In this document: piece after piece, positions 13,501 through 20,000 of the stretch | How the letters are laid out: every line of letters starts with the position of its first letter | Numbering within the stretch: the first letter of the stretch is position 1 | Assembly (NCBI GenBank): GCA_051047955.1 | Contig: JBPGPT010000030.1 | Location: forward strand, 175,360-195,359 | Length of the DNA: 20,000 nt | Reading direction: 5' to 3' | Origin: Cystobasidiomycetes sp. EMM_F5 | Taxonomy: Eukaryota | Program-made: the position numbers and the translations under genes | Notes under the pieces: generated by a model | Database searches by the model: none | Told to the model about the DNA's origin: nothing | What the model saw: the letters and a program-made list of their open reading frames with translations, nothing else

Positions 13501-14030
13501 CAAAGAGAAGGGAGTGTTGGTAGAAGGCCCGCTCAACAACCTGCAGCCTAGTATGATACAATTCAGCAAGCCAAGAAGGCCACTCAACCGACCTGATCTT
13601 GGCATCGGAGTCCGTGATCCTGTTGATCCAGGCCTAACGGGCGGACCTGTGCGCTTCGAACAAAGCTTCTACAATGCTGTTGGCGGTATACCCAGCGACG
13701 CGCAGTCCGTTCGATCACAAGCAACGTACTCTTCTGGTCTTCCTTCCTTCGGCACTGGTCAATTCAGTGGCAGGAGCTATGCTTCTTGTAAGTGAATGTA
13801 CAGGATGCGGATACAAGACTGGCATTGACCGTAATGCTATAGCGACTATTTCGCAAGACCTAATGTCTCAAGACCCACGGGGTATCGATGATGCAAGCAG
13901 CATCGCATTCTCGCAGGCTGATCGACTCAGACGAGCTCCAAGCGCATTCGGCTCAGAATACAAGGCAATGGCACAAGATGATGACACTCGCAGTCAAGTC
14001 TCCCTCTCGACGCAGATTACCGACTTTTGA
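10568..14030 (+). CDS. UPF1: Upf1/Nam7 SF1 RNA helicase of nonsense-mediated decay (about 1004 aa)
   Basis: Exons 10568-10797, 10908-11165, 11222-11751, 11808-12127, 12186-12635, 12689-13408, 13469-13787, 13843-14030 (3015 nt). CH zinc domain [41 protein letters not shown], Walker [50 protein letters not shown], and an SQ-containing tail. Confidence 0.97.
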
Positions 14031-14862
14031 TTCATAATAACAGCGGCTCTCTGCGTTGCCGCAAGTCAGAGATCGACGGGACTCGTCCGCCACTGCCGAA
14101 AGCGCAAACCAGGCATGACAATTGAGTCATCAGTCCGTGCAACCCCAGCATTCCAGCGACCGCTCTTGACATCCGTCGTCATCTAGTCGGTTACAGTATG
14201 CGATGTTCGCCCATTGCGCTGTCATCGCTCGCGTGATGCACTTCCGCTGATCCTGGTGAACACGGGCATGTCCATGGAAGCGAACGAGGCTCGTCGCGGA
14301 TCGGTGATACACAGCAGGACCGGCGACACGCGTGTTTCTGAGCAAGCAGCATATCCAGGCAGCCCTGCACGGTGGTGTCGAGCGGATGCCTGGACTACCT
14401 TGGAGAACTTGCTAGACGCCATACTAGTGGTACAATAGGTAGTAGGCTTTGTTCACAGGATCGACTAAGTCGTACTTGCGGTTTCGACACCGTGGGCATA
14501 GAGGCGGCCATACGCCTGAACCGGGCTGCCAATATACTAATTGTGCCGCGCGGATTGCTGACAGATTGCTGAGTCTTTTGCCACTTCCTGTCCGTATCCG
14601 TATAAGGGGAACAGACGCTCCATCGCCTAATCATTGCCTTATCTCGCCTCCGATAGTTGGCTGTGTTTACTGAAGCACTGCCATTCCAGCAATTTAGCTA
14701 TTCAAGTCGCGCCTGCCTCAGATTGACTCTCCTCTGGTCGTGTACATTCGTGTCCAAAGTTCGAGAGAGCGTGACTGCTGGAGGTGCAGACGGTGCCAGT
14801 AATTCTGACAAGAGCAGTAGTCGTCGATCTACTCGCGAGTTACTTCACAGTCACATCAGGAC

Positions 14863-15691
14863 ATGCATCTCCTCCGCTCCGTGGGACCGTTCGTAGCGGT
14901 ATGCGCTCTTCTGATGATCTCCGTATCTCGATCCGTGGCAGCACCACTCGGCGAAAGATGTGCAGTACGTTGAAAGGTGTCCAGCTCCTGTTTTTGGCTG
15001 AACGCACGACATGCAGCCGTCATGCGAGCCGGTCGATACCTCGTGCCCTGCTGGATATACGCCGATTGACGCAGTTACCAAGACTATTATTCTGGATCCC
15101 AGAGGAAAGATAGCGTTGAAACAAGCAGTAGCCTACTTTTCCAATTGGTCGCATAACGGGTACGTGGAAAGGAGTATCGTTTCTTGACAGCACAACACTT
15201 CAGCTTACATACCGAGCCATCTCTGTCAGTCCCGGCACTCTGGTTGGGTCCGATGGTACCAACACTCCTGGTGACACAAGATCCTTCTCATAGTGGGCTT
15301 GCTCTTGCAGCGTAGCATAGATGGCTGACACTTTGGTCTTCCTGACAGCGGCAACGTCACTGTAAACGAGCGCCTGTATCAATCGGTATACAATCAGCAC
15401 GATGGATCGCTACATCAGATTTGGGTAAGGGATGATCAAGCATCTGAGGGATGGACAAGGGCTGAAGAAACCACGCCTTAGAATCTGACCGAGCCAGTGT
15501 CGTACAACTCGGTTGAAATCGCATCCGCTGGAAATGATCTGGAAGTTTACAAGGACAAGCAAAACCGAGTGACCCTCCTATACACTATACACATGTGCGC
15601 GAAGGATGCTTCTAGCGCCAAAACCATTGCCGACCAGATTGTGACGGGGTCGTTTGCATACTGGAGGCATCAAGCTTGCCCGGATTCGTAG
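14863..15691 (+). CDS. Secreted protein (197 aa), possibly Bet v1/SRPBCC (polyketide-cyclase-like) fold
   Basis: Exons 14863-14964, 15017-15159, 15230-15292, 15349-15424, 15482-15691 (594 nt, all phases consistent; introns 52-70 nt, GT-AG). Protein: MHLLRSVGPFVAVCALLMISVSRSVA-APLGERCAPSCEPVDTSCPAGYTPIDAVTKTIILDPRGKIALKQAVAYFSNWSHNGPGTLVGSDGTNTPGDTRSFSYGNVTVNERLYQSVYNQHDGSLHQIWNLTEPVSYNSVEIASAGNDLEVYKDKQNRVTLLYTIHMCAKDASSAKTIADQIVTGSFAYWRHQACPDS. The fold call is inference. Confidence 0.78.
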
Positions 15692-15896
15692 CACGACCAC
15701 TATCGGATATATTACGAACGTTGTCATGAACTTTTCCCACGTTACGCCATGTGCAATGAGATGCTTCTTTGGATGTCGTAACTTTTGAGCGCAATCGGTC
15801 GTCCCTGGCATCACAAAGAGCCTGGCGAGCTGGGCCTTCGAAGCTTGCGCACCAGGTGTCGACAGCCAAACTGCGCGTCACAAGGGCGGCACGACT

Positions 15897-17876
15897 ATGC
15901 CCGCTGATGCGTCGGCGGCGCCTGCGCTCACCGTTGCGGGCGTGACCGTCCCATATTCTCTGATTTCGCTATGCGTTCTCACGGCACAAAACAGTCTGCT
16001 CGCCATCCTTCTGCACTATGTATGTGCATCGTTGACCTTGATATGGCCGCTGACTCCGAGAGCTGATATCCGCGACCTTCCCACCCGACCTCAGTCCCGA
16101 ACAGCACCTGACGCCAAACCCTTCTCGGCGGCAGCTGCCGTACTTCTCAACGAAATCCTCAAAGGCAGCATCAGCTTTGTAGTAGCTCTCAATAATGTCG
16201 ACAACTCGCCCGCACCATCGACGACGAGCGCAAGATACGCAACGGCTGATAATGGCGTACCGTTCTTGGGCAATCATGAGAAGCCGCGCGGATCCGGATT
16301 GACAAACGGGTCAAAGCGCACGGCATCTCTAGGAGGAGGGGCATTGTCGCTTGGAGGAGTCCCAGACGATGCTCTCAAACGACGGCGGAACAATTCAAAG
16401 CAAAAGTCGCCCACGGGATGGGCAGCCTCACCGTCTCAATGGGTGATGCGCGCACGCCGAGTGTCCGGTATGCTGCTTAGGCAAGTGATTATTGTCAGAG
16501 TGAGGCGCTCTACGAGCAAATCACTGACTTTGTCGATCACAGTCCGGACTGCTGGAAGTTGGCTATCCCTGCAACATGCTATGTCCTGCAGAATAACGTA
16601 TGTACATCGTAGACCACATCCACATGCCGCCTGTCTGACGAATCATATCATAGCTGCAATTCGTCGCCGCCGAGAACTTGGACGTTGCGACATTCCAAGT
16701 CAGCTACCAAATGAAGGTAAGACCCAAACTTCGCTTGTTTACGCCAACTTACAGGCTTCGCTGCTCAGATTCTGACAACAGCATTGTTCAGCGTAACTAT
16801 GCTAAATCGGCGACTCTCCGTCTTCAAATGGGGTTGCTTGCTTGCGCTTGCTTTGGGCGTTGCAATCGTTCAACTACAAGGGACAGACAATGGCAGTAGA
16901 GCGGCCATCGGTCATCCACACGGAGACAGAGTGACTGGCCTCTTGGCTGTCTTGATGGCATGCATGAGTAAGCGAGCACACGCAACGCAGCACACTCGTA
17001 CTGAATAAAGGCGATGTACAGCATCGGGCTTTGCAGGAGTGTACTTCGAAATGGTTCTGAAAGGGACAGCAGCAGATTTATGGATCCGGAATATACAACT
17101 CACTTTGTTCAGTCTGCCTCCAGCTATCGTTGCTATCCTCTTTCCCGCATTCTCCATTCGTACTATCTTTTCGTCCAGCGCTCCGGTCAAGTATTCTGCT
17201 GTCCAGGCTACACCTTGGCTTTTTGAGAATTTTGGCTTTTGGGCATGGGCGACAGTCTTGTGCCAAGTCTTTGGCGGTCTAATGACTGCATTGGTCATAA
17301 AATACAGCGACAATATCGCTAAAGGTTGGTTCAGCTATCTCAATCGCATCGGACCAAGCTGAGATGTATGCAGGCTTTGCGACCTCGCTCTCTATCATCA
17401 TATCCTTCATCGCTGGCATCATCCTCTTCGATTTCCCCGTAAGCATGCCTTTTCTGGTTGGATGTACGGTAGTGCTTGCGGCAACCTGGTTTTACAATCA
17501 ACCCGAACCGGAGACCAGCAAGCCTCGCTCCAGTGGTCCGTATCAGCCGCTACGCAACGGGAGCATAGACGAACCTAGATTTCATTCATATGCCGTAGAC
17601 ATGCAAGAAGATCACTCGTCACCACCTCGCTTCGGTAGTACCGGCACAGTGGGAAGCGCGGATCCAGCGTATCCATTCGCGGAGTACGCACAAAAGGGAG
17701 GGAGACCGCCTGAGTTCACGACGCTTTCCCCATTTACGACCCCCATCGTAGCCTCACCCAAGCCGCCAGATAGCGGGGAAATTTCCCCAAGGTCCCCCGT
17801 TCCACCGAACGGAGATGTCAACGGATTTTTTGGCGGCACGTCTGTACCTCATTCGTTAACAGGCAAGTTTGCATAA
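15897..17876 (+). CDS. Golgi nucleotide-sugar transporter, SLC35A/Gms1 (UDP-galactose transporter-like), about 543 aa
   Basis: Exons 15897-16019, 16095-16480, 16543-16597, 16654-16716, 16769-16967, 17022-17324, 17374-17876 (1632 nt). Family motifs SLCVLTAQNS, AVLLNEILK, SPDCWKLAIPATCYVLQNNLQFVA, ATFQVSYQMKILTTALFSV, SGFAGVYFEMVLK, WIRNIQL, GGLMTALVIKYSDNIAKGFATSLSII. Confidence 0.93.
16481..16542 (+). other. GC-AG intron in the nucleotide-sugar transporter gene
   Basis: AG|GCAAGT...CTGAC...CACAG|T. Of the consensus-like donors nearby, only this one restores the conserved SPDCWKLAIP frame. Confidence 0.85.
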
Positions 17877-18101
17877 GTCTAGTTGTGTACCCGCTTCGCA
17901 TTCGTGTGCAATCGTTAGAAGTTCGCATTTCAGAGTAGGAATTTGTTGATAACATCATAAAGTATTAAAGAATGGAAGTAGGCAGCCGTAGACGCGTGCT
18001 GCGCCCTTGTTTCTAAATTGTAGTATTGAACGACTTGGTTTACAGGTCTTTGACAGCCTTGTTTTGGTTCGCACCAAACAAGCCCGACGGTTGCAGCAGT
18101 C

Positions 18102-18906
18102 ATGAGTGAGCCATGTCGTCAGAGCTTATCATCCTAAGACTACCAGTCTGAACCCGGAGCACCTTTTCAACCCGTATGCTCGCTGTTGCTGCCCGATGAC
18201 TTGAGACTGACCAAGACGTATGTCCTTTCCAAACGGTTCAGACCAGGATGTGTAGCAGATTTCTGGCAAGCGAGTAGCGTCCAAGATTCGCCGAGTATCT
18301 GCTGACCGTCTCAAGACAGTCTTATTCCTATGGGCACTGAGGCTAGCGTTACAAAGTCAGACTGATTTCCTCAACCTGACTTGCGCCCTTATGATTGACG
18401 GTCAATAAATCTGCGCATCACTTGTTTGCACAGATACATCGCTGAGTGCCAAAAAGTGCTAGAGAAAAGCGGTCTCGTATATCAAGTGGGTCACGATATG
18501 ACTACTGAGGACATCTCTGAGTTACCTTTTTCGATGCAGTTACAGTATGTTCCGCTCCATTCTGACTTCTGATATTGTATGTAATGTTCTCGTACGAAAG
18601 TGGGTACGGTACAAACCTCGAAGGGTAAGCAGCTATGGGGCAAGCCAACAAGATGCCTCGCTGAAAGGCTCTTCCAGCGAATGGAGCGAAGTGATGAAAG
18701 CCATTGAAGATTGCCACGTAAGCAGAGTGAGGCATGAGAACGTAGTATAGCTAATGCAGACGCAGATTGCCGTACACACTATGGGATGTCCTCGCGTTGC
18801 AACTGATGTTCGGATCGGGACCCGTACTGACAAGGACAGCTCTAACGAGCACAAGCGAACATCTGTAGAGCAGTATCTAGAGAAGGAAAAGCATTCATCG
18901 TCGTAA
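18102..18906 (+). CDS. ECM15: Ecm15/UPF0045 (thiamine-binding protein, YBL001c-like), about 105-115 aa, highly fragmented by introns
   Basis: Exons about 18247-18265, then 18320-18355, 18434-18485, 18540-18544, 18601-18624, 18678-18717, 18766-18906. They give CVADFCLIPMGTEASVTKYIAECQKVLEKSGLVYQLHGYGTNLEGEWSEVMKAIEDCHIAVHTMGCPRVATDVRIGTRTDKDSSNEHKRTSVEQYLEKEKHSSS*, matching the fungal Ecm15 consensus. The start is unresolved; ATGA at 18102-18105 spliced to 18247 would give MRCVADFC. Confidence 0.9.
18266..18319 (+). other. GC-AG intron in ECM15
   Basis: TTCTG|GCAAGC...GCTGAC...GACAG|T joins ADF-C-LIPMG, the conserved Ecm15 motif. Confidence 0.85.
18540..18544 (+). other. 5-nt micro-exon (TTACA) of ECM15
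   Basis: Flanked by intron 18486-18539 (GTGGGT...TGCAG) and intron 18545-18600 (GTATGT...GAAAG). It supplies Leu and the first two bases of His in YQ-LH-GYGTNLEG. Confidence 0.85.
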
Positions 18907-19451
18907 AAATGGCGTCATGCCGCCCCTTTCAGATACGATCACTACTTTTATTCTGATGTTATACCAGCGCATGCTACCATACCTGTGAGGCGAACGAGGA
19001 ACCGTACTGAAACTGAAATAACTAAAAGACAGCGACTTTCACAAGGAAGGCATGGATCACGGCACGGGGTCGAAACGCTGCGGCGAATGTCAACGAAGTG
19101 CTGCGACTCCGACAGTCATCTACAATTGATTTGCCTGAGTCGAGCGACTTCAAAGATATCGACAGCACAGCAAGCTTAGCAACGAGTTGAGATGAAAACG
19201 TGCAAACCTTGGACTTCAAATTCAAGCTGGATTTGGGTAGCGAAGATCTAGAAGCCGCAAATCCGTACATTCACTGCTACAAGTGCCGACAGCTGTTGGT
19301 CTGTCAAGTATTATGAAGAAAGACATATTTATTTCAAATCACCAGCACTGCACCCCTGCATGCTGCCCAGATCTATACTCATAATTGTCTAGATAAGCAC
19401 TGTATTACTAACACCCTTTTGACAACGAGACTTTGGCCGGAAGGCACTTCA

Positions 19452-20000
19452 TCAGAACAGACCCACTTTGTCTTCGGAATCCCTATCCACAAGGGCCGGA
19501 CGCCCTGTGATCTGTTCGACCTGATCGTCCTTGGACATAAGCTTGTGATCAATGTTTGCAACAGCAGCATCGTCTCCTTCGAATGTCTGTGCAATTTCTG
19601 CAAGGAGGGAGCTGTTAGTGACCGCCCGCGTGTGTATAATCGCCAAAGTACGCAAGCCGACTAACCTTCAAGCGTGTATCCACGCGTTTCCACCCTTTAC
19701 AAGAGGCAAAGGACGTTTATCAGATGGATGCCTGCGCGTGGCACTGGCGCCGAGACGTACATGGAAAAGTAGGCCATTAGCCATTGGCAGGGGAGGATCG
19801 CCATATATACAGCATAGTATTTCCAGCCGATTGCATTGAGCGCGATAGAGTTGACGAAGGAACTATAGATACCGCAGGCTTGATTCGTAGCGGACCAAAG
19901 CGCCATACCTGTGCATCATAGAATGTCGTCAGATCGTACGAAGACGTAATCAACGCCGAAGCCGGCCAACCTTTTGCTCTGGTAGCATAGTTGAGGATCT
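19452..20000 (-). CDS. MFS sugar porter (lactose permease/cellodextrin-transporter-like), 3' end only
   Basis: Exons >20000-19971, 19908-19761, 19694-19666, 19597-19452 give ILNYATRAKGMALWSATNQACGIYSSFVNSIALNAIGWKYYAVYMAILPCQWLMAYFSMVETRGYTLEEIAQTFEG...VGLF*. This has the sugar-porter RAKG and (P/V)ET(R/K)GxTLEEI motifs, and the LAC12-like FVNxIALxxIGWKYY motif. A further terminal intron cannot be excluded. Confidence 0.9.

Noticed and set aside
14031..14862. Short ORFs on both strands between UPF1 and the secreted-protein gene
   Set aside because: I could not build a consistent spliced model or find a motif, so I treated this as UTR/promoter. A decayed gene is not excluded.
15200..15400. 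Minus-strand 66-aa ORF (MLIVYRLIQALV...)
   Set aside because: It is antisense to exons 3-4 of the + strand secreted-protein gene, which has the consistent splice signals.
18394..18406. Inverted repeat ATTGAC-G-GTCAAT in the 78-nt ECM15 intron (possible snoRNA or TF site)
   Set aside because: A 6-bp arm is expected by chance in 20 kb, and there are no proper C/D or H/ACA boxes.
18547..18750. 67-aa + strand ORF MFRSILTSD...
   Set aside because: It is a chimera of ECM15 introns and exons; only the EWSEVMKAIEDCH part is truly coding.
15897..20000. Possible galactose/lactose gene cluster (UDP-Gal transporter plus LAC12-like permease)
   Set aside because: No GAL enzymes or glycosidase are in the window, substrate specificities are unproven, and ECM15 intervenes. 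The flanking sequence would be needed.
1..20000. Prokaryote-type systems, CRISPR arrays, transposons, tRNA/rRNA
   Set aside because: The sequence is spliceosomal-intron-rich fungal DNA. I saw no repeat arrays, terminal repeats, transposase/RT motifs or structural RNA signatures.

Overview
Eukaryotic (fungal) genomic DNA from a very compact, intron-rich genome. Introns are mostly about 50-75 nt with GTRNGY donors, CTRAC/CTAAY-type branch sites and YAG acceptors. The style suggests a basidiomycete, possibly Pucciniomycotina such as Mixia; this is inference only. Manual splicing resolves eight genes: the 5' part of a Dug2-like WD40 protein (-), a complete Scc2/Nipped-B cohesin loader (-), a 221-aa Cys-containing secreted orphan with a Kex2-type propeptide (+), UPF1/NAM7 (+), a 197-aa secreted protein with possible Bet v1/SRPBCC-like fold (+), a Gms1/SLC35A-type nucleotide-sugar transporter (+), an ECM15/UPF0045 gene (+), and the 3' end of an MFS sugar porter (-). 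The ECM15 gene and the 197-aa gene are almost invisible in the ORF track. The most notable observations are a required 5-nt micro-exon and a GC-AG intron in ECM15, a GC-AG intron with a competing frameshifting GT donor in the transporter, and two orphan secreted proteins on either side of UPF1. I see no mobile element, RNA gene, CRISPR array or convincing new multi-gene system.
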